NCBI GenBank assembly: GCA_964493415.1
Contig: CAZBND010000005.1
Span: 39,076 to 103,075 of the forward strand
Length of the DNA stretch: 64,000 nucleotides
Reading direction: 5' to 3'
Source: an uncultured Planctomycetota bacterium
GTDB taxonomy: Bacteria; Planctomycetota; DG-23; CAZBND01
Shown here piece by piece: positions 20,001 through 28,420 of this stretch. The notes under the pieces were generated by a model. The model was not told the origin of the DNA, ran no database searches, and saw only the letters and a program-made list of their open reading frames with translations. The stretch's first letter is position 1, and every line of letters starts with the position of its first letter. The position numbers and the translations under genes are program-made.

Positions 20001-20305
20001 TCTTCCGTATCGCGAACTCCATCCCGATTCAGGGCGGTCGCGGTCTTATCGAACAAGGTATCCCTGAAGACGAACCAATGCGCCAGTCGGGCGGGTCTTT
20101 CCGACTCGAATGATTCGTGTCCCGTCTCGAGCCACCCGTAGCCGAGTTCAGGGGAATAGAGGGTCCTCCCCTCTACCTTGATAAAGCCGTCTAACACGCG
20201 CGATGTGCCCGTACCCATGTCAAACTTGGCTGGGGCGGAAACGACCGCCCACGCTGAGCCCGCCACAAGCACGGCCACAATCAATATCGCCACTTTCGAC
20301 CTCAT
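17090..20305 (-). CDS. Large secreted protein, paralog 2 of 3; CARDB-like C-terminus
   Basis: The likely start is the second ATG (MRSKVAILIVAVLVAGSAWA), because GGGAGGGGG lies just upstream of it. Same conserved blocks as paralogs 1 and 3. Confidence 0.75.
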   Translation of the reverse strand: MRSKVAILIVAVLVAGSAWAVVSAPAKFDMGTGTSRVLDGFIKVEGRTLYSPELGYGWLETGHESFESERPARLAHWFVFRDTLFDKTATALNRDGVRDTEDMTFKVDLREGDYVVVVTLGDLTRGLGSMSVYANGELMVKNVNAKHWASRGGSAQGDWYGYYQRVRFPVSVGNEGLALNFAGDQSDYDKWLAEEEQKPSPESWLVRQGRRLKPHAPYRDIGLPFTTNSVLGVEVYRYAPEPIVEADGALVLDRTAIPASASVPQVGTIEQALQAYNVQRFVEAERKLDGISDALLGYAKARAYAFLAGNPDYERELELAPKAIAAVEAYNKANPGDERAEHLLEVLVNFNQGIDSILHRAVSFSDQMALPPDLRHADTSWENGYWRVFRGIGKLDLIHRGEPVYLKAKIHEARGLYMFDPHRWVMASGKAADLLREVETKFPNNRFVRLYLYDDWSPGPEWPNYPDYSPATEGAPEWAAAVYEAYNRCLDLGEWWYENKQFPDGSVGGGWGDDVEILRLFGTYGSICPDASEKMVELCAGIVNGALASPNMDPEAGFFGGMGDAEHTGEWTGDTIPTMVILDYGNPTWTELGLKVAKLMRDLWMDHNDRGQYLFRSNMVGATRVGTGLQANDSRINYRCALPARSVLWYSGNPSVAALFDGWAKAWLEASMSAEKGKPSGVIPSEIGFETGEIGGTESPSWFIANHAGGTVNYDWDSRYHDYITDLLVGAYERSGDRAFLEPLRLEAELAARARQSEGEAEAGSPEWAGRQLGGAVQLWARLQRTLGLGEGGEPSVTSLPDARRRNETCIRGARERWPISTTDALATDRIGWPGLHAAYTAMTAAGASGGLDPQVTYVGPGRQFAAVVLTSGTKQLKVALYNFRAKERECGIRPWLLEPGASYELMYGPDLDENGEPDEIAGTGQQRIRFRGQPVPVTLPPRTPYIVELKQIASGDAPSLLPDLAISPEDVEYEQLSRLVKVRVHNIGSAEATRFSVAVYDVGESGMTEVGRGVGIKLPAPLDLLPQTLRVGIPWTLESPPRDILVVVDPDGEIDEITESNNKSALAVGM

Positions 20306-20377
20306 ATGTCCCCCTCCCTTCAAACCTGAAATCCCTTAGCGGCCGGAATCCGACAACACTGCGCGCAACGTCAGCAA

Positions 20378-21814
20378 CTAATCCACGAGCGCCTTCCTCG
20401 ATGCGAGGAACTCCTCAGGCGTGCCGATCTCCCGCAGATACGAGATTAACTTCTCGTTGATATTTCCGGCGACGTCCTTGTGCTCGTCATAAATGTTGCT
20501 GTTCTGCAGGGGATCGTTCCGGTTGTTGAAGAGCATGGGCTTGAGTTCCTGGTCTATAAGCTTCGTGTGCTTCCTCGGAATCCCGTCGACGACCCGGTCC
20601 TCGTAGTCCTCGGTCTGCACGTCCGGAGCCCCGCCGTATATGAAGGTCCATTCGTCCGTGGTCACCGTGCTTCGGGCGTAAGGATTCGCCCCCCTCCATA
20701 GAGAAGGAGATGACACCGCGAGTTCCCGAATCCTCTCGGCCTTCCCGTTCATCAGAGGCACCATCGACTTGCCGTGAACCTCGTCCGGCGCTTCCAGTCC
20801 GCACACGTCCATAATGGTTGCCGTAATGTCCACCGGCTGCACGAGAGCATGAGAGCGCACCTGCTCTTCCTGCCCGGGCATCTTCACGACCAGCGGTATG
20901 TGCGCGATCTCATCAAACAGGGGTATGTACTGCTGGTACTGCGACCGGATCACGGACTTCCCTATGTATCCCCGCTCTCCGATGCAGAACCCATGGTCGG
21001 TCGTAAATATGATCATAGCCTCGTCGTATATCCCGAGCACCTCCAACTTGCGGAGGATATGGCCCACCCAGTGGTCTACCAGCGAGACCTCCCCCCGATA
21101 TCGCGCGCGGCAGTGATTCAGCTCCTCCGGCGTAAGGAAATCGATCTTATCGTACAGCGGGTACTCGATCACCTCGCCTTGGTAGCCCGGGTCGTACATA
21201 TCAACGTACCACTGTGGCGGATCCCACGGCTCGTGCGGATCGAACATGCCCACCCACAGGAAGAAGTCGTCCAGCTTGTAGTTCCTCTCCAGCCAGTGCA
21301 TGGCGCTTGTGGCAACTTTGGCGGGAAGCCAGTCTTCCTCGAATTGACGAAGGGCGTTATTGCGAACGTGCTGGCTGGCGGTGGTGTCGGCGCTGCGCAC
21401 CTTCTCGCGCTTGCAGGGGAAATCCACATGGCGCGGGTCCGTCCGCCACTTGTCCACAGTCTGCCCTCGAATATAGTCCCAGCCGCTGAAGTCGCGGTCG
21501 AAATTGAATCCATGCTGAAATATGTGCGGCGTATCGGAAATCAGCATGGTCGTGTACCCGGCTTCGTTGAGCAGCGACGGCATGGTTTTCGCGTCTCTCG
21601 GCAGCGCCTGCCAGCCGCCACAGGTGAAAGTGTACCGGCCTGTGATGACGTCGGTTCGATGCGGCACTGTCGGAAACGACCCGCAGTACGCGCGGTCGAA
21701 AACGGTCGCCCCCGCACCCAACCCGTCGACATTGGGCGTCTTGACCTCTCTGCTGCCGTACAGGCCCAAATGGTCTCGCCTTAACGTGTCCGAAATGATG
21801 AGCACCACCTTCAA
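20378..21814 (-). CDS. Alkaline-phosphatase-superfamily hydrolase (sulfatase/NPP-like), paralog C; no signal peptide
   Basis: KVVLIISDTLRRDHLG metal-binding block. The nucleophile position reads FPTVPHRTDVITGR (T-x-P-x-R). TTDHGF is present. 478 aa. Confidence 0.7.
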   Translation of the reverse strand: MKVVLIISDTLRRDHLGLYGSREVKTPNVDGLGAGATVFDRAYCGSFPTVPHRTDVITGRYTFTCGGWQALPRDAKTMPSLLNEAGYTTMLISDTPHIFQHGFNFDRDFSGWDYIRGQTVDKWRTDPRHVDFPCKREKVRSADTTASQHVRNNALRQFEEDWLPAKVATSAMHWLERNYKLDDFFLWVGMFDPHEPWDPPQWYVDMYDPGYQGEVIEYPLYDKIDFLTPEELNHCRARYRGEVSLVDHWVGHILRKLEVLGIYDEAMIIFTTDHGFCIGERGYIGKSVIRSQYQQYIPLFDEIAHIPLVVKMPGQEEQVRSHALVQPVDITATIMDVCGLEAPDEVHGKSMVPLMNGKAERIRELAVSSPSLWRGANPYARSTVTTDEWTFIYGGAPDVQTEDYEDRVVDGIPRKHTKLIDQELKPMLFNNRNDPLQNSNIYDEHKDVAGNINEKLISYLREIGTPEEFLASRKALVD

Positions 21815-22073
21815 TCGATTCTCCCTTTCCAGGCTGGTTGCCTACAGAGCCTGATCAAGTCGCTGCGTTCGGAAAACGCCGCGGCGACCAGGCAGCTATT
21901 CTAGCCCTTAGAGGACTGCCTGCCAACCGTGGATTCGCTCGCTGCCGCCACATCCGCTCATCGGACGATTGTGAGTTGACACCCCCGACACTTGCGCTAT
22001 ACTCATGGAGTATTTCCCGTCCTGCGCGCGGATCAGTCGTAACCGGCTTTCAGCAGCAAGGGAGGTTACAGAC

Positions 22074-25000
22074 ATGCGGAAGGTGGACCGTAGGAAGATG
22101 CTCGTTTGTTTGGCGGCATTCTTGGCTGCGTTTACAGCCGCCCGAAGCTGGGCCGCGCCGCTGAAGTTGGACATGGGTACGGCCGATTCGCCCGTGGCCC
22201 CCGGCTTCGTCCGCGTCACAGCGGACCAGCGTTACGATGCCGCAAAGGGCTTTGGCTTCGTCGAAGGACCCTACACTTCGTTCAACACCACAGGTCCGTC
22301 GCCGCATGTCAACTTCGTGAGCCCCAGTTCGGCGACGGTGTACGAAGAGGGCGTGACGGATTTGAACCGCGATGGGCTGTGGTCGGATGGGGATTTGGTG
22401 TTCCGCGCCGACCTTCCCAACGGCAAGTACAGGGTATGGCTCACAATCGGCCACATGAACAAAGTCCTGGGCTCGATACAGGTCTACGCCAATGGGAAGC
22501 TGATAGCCAAAGACATCCAGGTGAGGCACATACGCTGGAGGTCTGGCCAAGATCAGGGCTACGGCTGGTTTCTTCCTATTCGGTTCACTGCGGATATCGA
22601 GCAAGGCTACCTTGAGATAAGGCTGCGCGGAGACGACACAGAGTATCAGAGACTTCTAGCGATTGAAAACGAGAAGCCCAGGCCCGTATCCTACGGAACC
22701 TATCCGGATCACCCTGAGAAAAAGCCCCGCGAGTACACGCTGCTGACAGACATTGGACTCCCCTTCGCCGGGAACTCCATCCTCGGACTGGAGATATACC
22801 CGTATCAGCAGCCGCCGGTGTTGGTGGCGGAAGATTCGCTGAACATCGCCATGACGGGAAGGCTCCCTTCCCCGGAGCTTCAGCAGGCAGTAAGGCTCTT
22901 CAACGCCGGTCGGTATGCCGAAGCTTGCGCCGCCGCCGAGAAGATCGAAGACTCGCATAAGTACGAGCGCGGAATCATATACCTGGCCCTGGCCGGGCGT
23001 CCCGAACTTGATAACGAAAGAGAAATGGTGAAAAAGGCCGAGGCCGATCTCGCCGCCGTTGTGACGGAAAGCCCCGAGGACCATGCAGCCAAGGAGCTGC
23101 TCTACCTGGCGAGGCAGCTCAGAGACGGCGTCGAGCGCTTCCATCACAGAGGGGACGCCGGCGTGAACGGCTACTCCATGGTGAACATGGGTTCCATGTC
23201 CCTCGCCGCCCTCCAGCCGGAGGACCCTGTTTACTGGAAGGGGCAAATATACCGGGCCCGGATATTCTACATGGTTCAGCCGCACCGTTGGAGCTGGGTC
23301 TCGGGTGCCGGGATGGACATCCTCCTCGAGGTCGAGAAGAAGTGGCCCAACAACCGCTTCGTCAAGCTCTACCTCGACGGGGAATGGGAGGAAACGGAGG
23401 ACTGGAAAATCGGAGACTACGTCACGGGCACCGAAGGCGCGCCTGATTGGGCCGTGGCCTGCCGCGATGCGTGGAACCTCAACCTCGACCATGCGGAGTG
23501 GTGGATCGATAACAAGCAGCGCCCGGACGGCTCGCTCGGCGGAGGCTGGGGAGACGACGTGGAATTGATCGTCGATTTCGCGAATTACGTCTTTGTCAGC
23601 GAAGGCGTCCGACCCATCGTGCTCGAAGGGGTGAAGAATCTCGTCGAAGGCAACTGGAAATACTCCGGGATAGACCAGGAGGCGGGCTTCTACTGGGGGA
23701 TTGCCGACGTGGGCCACTCGGCCGAGCCGACCGCCGATACCCTCCCGATGATGATCTTCCTCGATTACGGCAGCCCCGTGTACGTGGAGCGCTGCATGAA
23801 GAGCGGAAAGCTCATGCGGGACCTGTGGACTGCAATCAATCCGAACGGCCATCGGCATTTCCGGTCGGATTACCTGGGCGCGTTCGGCGTAAAAGGAGGA
23901 GCCGTGGCAAACGACGGCTGGCTTAACTACCGTGCCGTCGTGGCTGCGGAGAAAGTGCTCTGGTACAACAGCAGCCCCACACTGGCGAAGCTCTTTGACG
24001 AGTGGGCGACCGCACTGCTTGAAGACACTATGAAGAGCGGGAGAGGCAAACCGGCAGGCGTCATGCCGTCCGTAGTTTCCTTCGCCGATTGCACTTTGGG
24101 AGGTGTGGACTCCCCTACATGGTACACTCCGAACAACGCCGACGGGTTTAACCCCGGGTGGGGACACAACTACTCCAATCCGGCAGGCTACCCGCTGAGC
24201 CTTCTAGGCGGCGCATATGACCGTACCGGCGACGCCCGCTTCCTCGAGCCGTTCCGCATCCAGGCCGAACTCGCCCTCAAGGCCAAGGCAAGCCCCGTCG
24301 AGAAGCCCGAAGAGGGCTCCTTCGAATGGGTGTGTGCGGGCCTTCTCGAATCCGGAGCGCCCGAATTGTGGGAGTTCATCCAGGATAGGCACCTGGGCTC
24401 AGACCCGGCGGGAGCGCGGTTCATGACCCGCGAAGATGCAAGGGAGGAAGCCGACTGGGTACGCCTTAGAATCAAAATGCGCTGGCCCATCGACACGACG
24501 GAGGCCCTCGTGACCGACAGAGTGGGATTCGGGGGGATCACCAATGCCGTGAGGGTTTACACCGGCGGCGGCGTCTTCGTCCGCCAACCCATTGTCAATT
24601 ACGTGGACATCGGCAAGGACTTCGCAGCTTTCCCCCTCCGCGCCGACCGCTCCCATCTGCGCGTGCTGCTCTACAGCTTCTACGACGAAGAGAGGGAAGT
24701 CGGCATCAGGCCGTGGCAACTCGCACGCGGCACCAAGTACAGGATGGCGGCCGGCCCGGACAAGGATGGAGACGAAATTCCCGACGAAGTTATCCAATCC
24801 TCGACCTTTGATTTCGAGCATAGAGGCCAGACCGTCCGCTTCCGGCTTCCCCCAAGAACGGAGACGGTGGTAGTCATCGAGCCGGCCGCAGAGGTTGCCC
24901 TCGGGCATGATACGCTCTCGCCGGACCCGGCCATCGGCGTCGGAGATACAGAGTACTGGAGTGACAGAAATTCCCTGATCGTGCGAGTGCACAACATTGG

Positions 25001-25310
25001 CGCTGCTCCCGTCAAGGACCTCTCCTTGCAGGCGTGGGAGGGCACGCCGGAGGACGGCAGGCTCATCGGCACATCATTCATACCGTACATCGAAGCGCCG
25101 AACGACCTCACCGCACAAACCGTCAGGGTGGCCTTCGGATGGAAGCCGGCGGAGGAGAGCTCGAACACGGTCTGCGTGGTGCTCGATCCGGACGACGAAA
25201 TAGACGAAATCACCACGAAGAATAACCGTTTCGTCTACGAACTCGACCTTCAGTCGGTCTCCCCTGCGGCAGCCAAGCCTAACGAGCAGCAGGCGCAACC
25301 ATCGTCATAG
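22074..25310 (+). CDS. Large secreted protein, paralog 3 of 3; CARDB-like C-terminus
   Basis: ATG 22074 preceded by AGGGAGG. Signal peptide MRKVDRRKMLVCLAAFLAAFTAARSWA. Same conserved blocks as paralogs 1 and 2. Divergent from paralog C. Confidence 0.75.
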   Translation: MRKVDRRKMLVCLAAFLAAFTAARSWAAPLKLDMGTADSPVAPGFVRVTADQRYDAAKGFGFVEGPYTSFNTTGPSPHVNFVSPSSATVYEEGVTDLNRDGLWSDGDLVFRADLPNGKYRVWLTIGHMNKVLGSIQVYANGKLIAKDIQVRHIRWRSGQDQGYGWFLPIRFTADIEQGYLEIRLRGDDTEYQRLLAIENEKPRPVSYGTYPDHPEKKPREYTLLTDIGLPFAGNSILGLEIYPYQQPPVLVAEDSLNIAMTGRLPSPELQQAVRLFNAGRYAEACAAAEKIEDSHKYERGIIYLALAGRPELDNEREMVKKAEADLAAVVTESPEDHAAKELLYLARQLRDGVERFHHRGDAGVNGYSMVNMGSMSLAALQPEDPVYWKGQIYRARIFYMVQPHRWSWVSGAGMDILLEVEKKWPNNRFVKLYLDGEWEETEDWKIGDYVTGTEGAPDWAVACRDAWNLNLDHAEWWIDNKQRPDGSLGGGWGDDVELIVDFANYVFVSEGVRPIVLEGVKNLVEGNWKYSGIDQEAGFYWGIADVGHSAEPTADTLPMMIFLDYGSPVYVERCMKSGKLMRDLWTAINPNGHRHFRSDYLGAFGVKGGAVANDGWLNYRAVVAAEKVLWYNSSPTLAKLFDEWATALLEDTMKSGRGKPAGVMPSVVSFADCTLGGVDSPTWYTPNNADGFNPGWGHNYSNPAGYPLSLLGGAYDRTGDARFLEPFRIQAELALKAKASPVEKPEEGSFEWVCAGLLESGAPELWEFIQDRHLGSDPAGARFMTREDAREEADWVRLRIKMRWPIDTTEALVTDRVGFGGITNAVRVYTGGGVFVRQPIVNYVDIGKDFAAFPLRADRSHLRVLLYSFYDEEREVGIRPWQLARGTKYRMAAGPDKDGDEIPDEVIQSSTFDFEHRGQTVRFRLPPRTETVVVIEPAAEVALGHDTLSPDPAIGVGDTEYWSDRNSLIVRVHNIGAAPVKDLSLQAWEGTPEDGRLIGTSFIPYIEAPNDLTAQTVRVAFGWKPAEESSNTVCVVLDPDDEIDEITTKNNRFVYELDLQSVSPAAAKPNEQQAQPSS

Positions 25311-25343
25311 CCTGCCCGAAGCCCCATTCGGATAACACGACAC

Positions 25344-25378
25344 GAGGCGGACCGGACGGAACTCATCCGGTCCGCCTC
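25344..25378. terminator. GC-rich hairpin between convergent genes (candidate bidirectional terminator)
   Basis: GAGGCGGACCGGA-cggaactca-TCCGGTCCGCCTC is a perfect 13-bp stem. The flanking T-tract is weak. Confidence 0.45.
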
Positions 25379-25449
25379 TGTCGTCGTGAATCCTGGAAAT
25401 GCCCGCGACGCAGCTCGAGTTGCCTGCAAGGACAGGCTTGGCAGGGCGC

Positions 25450-26820
25450 TCAAGGCGTAGCGTTGTTGTCCTGGCCGAACCTTCGGGCAAATGCTCGGTA
25501 CATACCAGTGAGGGGCCGGATTCCCGGAAGCGCGTATATCAACTGGTTCACTCCCAGGTGGCTCACAGGCTTGACCTCGCGCAAACGTCCCAATGTCAAC
25601 ATTCCAGCAAACAGCCTGAGCCCAGCGGAGACCGCAAAGAGCGTTCGAATCTCGTATCCGCCCAAGGGCGGCAGGTGCGACAGCAGCAGCCCCCCCAAGA
25701 ACGGGCTGACTGCGCCGGCGACCCCTCTCAAAACAAGCGAATACGAAATGTAGCGCCCGCGCGTCTCGGGCACGGCGGCATCCAGGATGTAGTTCCACGA
25801 AGCAAGAAAAAACGCCGACCAGCAAATCCCCGCGATGAACTGAAGTAGAGCCAAATAATAAAAGTTGCCGCTTATCGTCCAGAGCGCCGGGATGGCGACG
25901 ATTCCCGGCCACACCACCCTCAGCACCTTTGCATTGCCGAATCGGTCTCCCAGGTGTCCCCAGAAGCGTATGAAAACCAGGTGCGTAACCGAAGCCACGA
26001 GCCCCAGTACGGTGAGACGCGTGTACGACATGCCAAGGTCCCGCAGCATGTACACCTGAAAGAACGGTGCGCAGATACGGGTCGCGAAGATTATCGCGGC
26101 GAAGTATAGCCCGGCGGTCAGCGCGTCGCGGTTCCCGCCCCCGGATAAGTAACGGAGGAAGCTCACCTGCTCCGAAGTGGGCTCTTCGCTCATAGGCGGC
26201 TCGTATTGCACCCAGACGGCTAAGCCTGAAATTGCCCTGAATCCCGCCGCCATGCCGAACACGATCGCGAATCCCATGAATCTTCCGGCGGGATAAGCGT
26301 CCAGCAGCACCGCACAGAAGTATGCGAAGGGCATCGCGAAGAAGCCCGTCACCTGGTCACGCCAGCCGAAGTACCGCGACCGGCTCCCGTCGGGCAGCAG
26401 GTCCGCCATCCAGCTCCCCCACGCACCCATCTGAATCTGCCCGAACGTCGCGTACATGGTAAAAACTATCAGCGCCGCGTAAAACCTTGGCCCGGGGCGA
26501 AGCCCCGAAATCGACAAAAGGCATATCAGCCAAAAGACTTGAAAGAAGACCGCCGCGAGGCAAAGCGGCTTCCTCCGCCCCGTCCTCGCGACAATCCCCG
26601 GCGACACGAGATTCGATAACGACGCCATCACGTAAGGAATCCCGGCAAAGAGGCCGATCTGCTGGTCGCTGAATCCGAGCCTGATGGCGTACGGAACGGC
26701 GAAGCGCTCGACGACGCCGATGGACGCGTAGGCCGCCAGTCCGTCCACCAACGAGAAGAAAAGGGCGCGGTGAATCGGCCGCGATGCCGACCAAGGGGCG
26801 CGCCATCCACGGGGTACCAT
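25450..26820 (-). CDS. MFS transporter
   Basis: Twelve predicted TM segments with an MFS-like loop pattern (e.g. PGIVARTGRRKP after TM2). The start is uncertain; Met at 26820 or 26928. Confidence 0.7.
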   Translation of the reverse strand: MVPRGWRAPWSASRPIHRALFFSLVDGLAAYASIGVVERFAVPYAIRLGFSDQQIGLFAGIPYVMASLSNLVSPGIVARTGRRKPLCLAAVFFQVFWLICLLSISGLRPGPRFYAALIVFTMYATFGQIQMGAWGSWMADLLPDGSRSRYFGWRDQVTGFFAMPFAYFCAVLLDAYPAGRFMGFAIVFGMAAGFRAISGLAVWVQYEPPMSEEPTSEQVSFLRYLSGGGNRDALTAGLYFAAIIFATRICAPFFQVYMLRDLGMSYTRLTVLGLVASVTHLVFIRFWGHLGDRFGNAKVLRVVWPGIVAIPALWTISGNFYYLALLQFIAGICWSAFFLASWNYILDAAVPETRGRYISYSLVLRGVAGAVSPFLGGLLLSHLPPLGGYEIRTLFAVSAGLRLFAGMLTLGRLREVKPVSHLGVNQLIYALPGIRPLTGMYRAFARRFGQDNNATP

Positions 26821-26991
26821 TCTAAGAAGTCTCCGGAACTCATCAGTCGGTCGTGAACCTTCAGGATAACCTAAACCGCAACGATGACAACCTTTCTCGA
26901 CCCGATCATTCAAAACGACCCGCATCACGGCTAACGTTGGCGAACGCGCCCGCGTCGGCCGGAGCCCAGCGCGATTAACTCACTCGCGGGC

Positions 26992-27020
26992 TTGACTACT
27001 ATACCTCTGTATAGTATACT
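26992..27020 (+). promoter_or_regulatory. sigma70-like promoter (TTGACT-17-TATACT) with an embedded palindromic candidate LexA operator, CTATAC-ctct-GTATAG overlapping GTATA-g-TATAC
   Basis: Read directly from the sequence. The -35 is at 26992-26997 and the -10 at 27015-27020. The inverted repeats occupy the spacer and the -10. GGAG lies 6 nt before the lexA ATG at 27037. Confidence 0.55.
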
Positions 27021-27036
27021 CCTGCCGGAGACACGA

Positions 27037-27624
27037 ATGGCCTTGACCGATAGACAGCGAGAGATTCTGGATTTTATCACGGCATACGGTGCGGAGAACG
27101 GCTTCGCGCCCACTGTCCGAGAGGTCGCTGCGGCTTTCGGATACCGATCACCGAAGGCTGCGCACGATCATATGAGGGCCCTGGAGCGAAAGGGGGCCGT
27201 TCGGCGGACGCGCGGCATTGCGAGAGGGCTGGAGTTGCGCGACCGGCAGCCGGCCGGCGTACCCGTGCTGGGGGTGGCTCCAGCCGGGCGGCCACTCCTC
27301 GCCGAGGAGGTCCCCGGAGACATGCTCCCCTCGCCTCTCGGTTTCGGTAACGGCGGAAAGCTCTTCGCGGTGAAGGTCGTCGGTGACAGCATGGAGCCTT
27401 TACTCAGCTCCGGCGATCACGCGGTCATCAGAGCCGAACAGACCGCACAACCCGGGGAGATGGTGGCCGCACGTGTCGAGGGCGAGGTGACGCTGAAGCG
27501 TCTCGCGCGGCGCAAGAATAGGCTGGTGTTGAAGCCCGAGAATCCGTCCTACCCCGTGATTCCCGTCACCCGCGACACCCGGATCATCGGCAAGGTCGTG
27601 GGAATGTACAGGCGCTTCGAGTGA
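27037..27624 (+). CDS. lexA: LexA repressor (S24 peptidase), copy 1
   Basis: N-terminal winged HTH (LTDRQREILDFITAY..NGFAPTVREVA). C-terminal S24 domain (VKVVGDSMEPLL...GEVTLKRL). Ala-Gly cleavage-site context is present. Confidence 0.9.
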   Translation: MALTDRQREILDFITAYGAENGFAPTVREVAAAFGYRSPKAAHDHMRALERKGAVRRTRGIARGLELRDRQPAGVPVLGVAPAGRPLLAEEVPGDMLPSPLGFGNGGKLFAVKVVGDSMEPLLSSGDHAVIRAEQTAQPGEMVAARVEGEVTLKRLARRKNRLVLKPENPSYPVIPVTRDTRIIGKVVGMYRRFE

Positions 27625-28202
27625 GGTCGACGGTGGCCGCCGGGTTCATGCTTGTCGAAACCGAAGGCGCAAGTGCGGAGGTCTCTTCGCGCCTTGCCGC
27701 GCGGCTGGCTGCCGGCGACGACCGCGTGTTCTACCTTGACGGGGAAAACGGATTCCGCGTCTATGCAGCCGCAGAAGAGGCGGAAGCGCAAGGCACGCCC
27801 GCCTTGGATGCGCTGGAGAGAATCCAGGTAGCGCGGGCGTTCACGTGCTTCCAGATGGTGGAGCTTCTGCGCAACGCGGCACGCAAACTTGCCGCAGAAG
27901 ACATAGCCATCCTTGCGGGCCCATGCACCGCGTTCGCCGACGAGAACGTTACAGACCGCGAGGTCAGCTTTTTTCTCGGAAAGGCTCTGGACTCGGCGAA
28001 GCAGCTCTCTTCTCGGACGACCTTGACCTTCCAATCGGGAGAAGACTTAGGCCGCAGACCCTGGCTTCTCTCGCGGCTTCGCGCAGCCGCTGCTGCCTGC
28101 GTCGTCCTTCCGCAGACGGCAAACGTGGGCGAGCTGCTGAGAAAACTGAACAAACGGAGGATTCTCAAGTGGGGCGCACCGCACCCTCTTTCAGCCGAGT
28201 GA
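27621..28202 (+). CDS. Hypothetical protein co-translated with lexA (SulA/ImuA-like by position only)
   Basis: GTG start overlaps the lexA stop (GTGA). 193 aa. No motif recognised. Annotation is by synteny only. Confidence 0.5.
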   Translation: MRSTVAAGFMLVETEGASAEVSSRLAARLAAGDDRVFYLDGENGFRVYAAAEEAEAQGTPALDALERIQVARAFTCFQMVELLRNAARKLAAEDIAILAGPCTAFADENVTDREVSFFLGKALDSAKQLSSRTTLTFQSGEDLGRRPWLLSRLRAAAAACVVLPQTANVGELLRKLNKRRILKWGAPHPLSAE

Positions 28203-28261
28203 TTGATGCAGAGGCCGAACGATGGAGAAAATTCCGCCGCGCCCTGCGCAAGGAGGACCAG

Positions 28262-28420
28262 ATGTTGTTCGACCGCATCTTCCACAGAGCGAGGCGCAAC
28301 GTCCAGGCATGGGCCTACGCCGCGATGCCTCATCCCTTCGAAGCGCTGGTCATGAGTGTGCTGCTGGATCAGGAGAGAGAACTTCGCGAGCTTCGAACAC
28401 GCAGTCAGGCGACCACGTGA
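28262..28420 (+). CDS. Small ORF (52 aa; or 73 aa from GTG 28199), in an alternative frame, coupled to the polymerase gene
   Basis: AAGGAGG lies 5 nt upstream of ATG 28262. Product MLFDRIFHRARRNVQAWAYAAMPHPFEALVMSVLLDQERELRELR is helix-rich and not low-complexity. Its TGA overlaps the polymerase GTG start (GTGA). Confidence 0.45.
   Translation: MLFDRIFHRARRNVQAWAYAAMPHPFEALVMSVLLDQERELRELRTRSQATT

Noticed and set aside
239-21814. Calling the three AP-superfamily proteins sulfatases and the locus a sulfated-glycan PUL
   Set aside because: The nucleophile position is Thr, not Cys/Ser-x-P/A-x-R, and the sulfatase K/H block is missing. The membrane paralog matches the NPP signature. I therefore kept the generic AP-superfamily/NPP-like call.
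22656-24167. 503-aa minus-strand ORF inside paralog 3
   Set aside because: Paralog 3 is supported by triple paralogy and a signal peptide. The antisense frame has no features.
28222-28416. Polymerase N-terminal extension from ATG 28222
   Set aside because: The extension is low-complexity (PPRPAQGGPDVVRP...). It overlaps a better-supported small ORF with a strong RBS. The GTG at 28417 gives the GTGA coupling and starts at the conserved PolB N-terminus. Kept as an alternative, not excluded.
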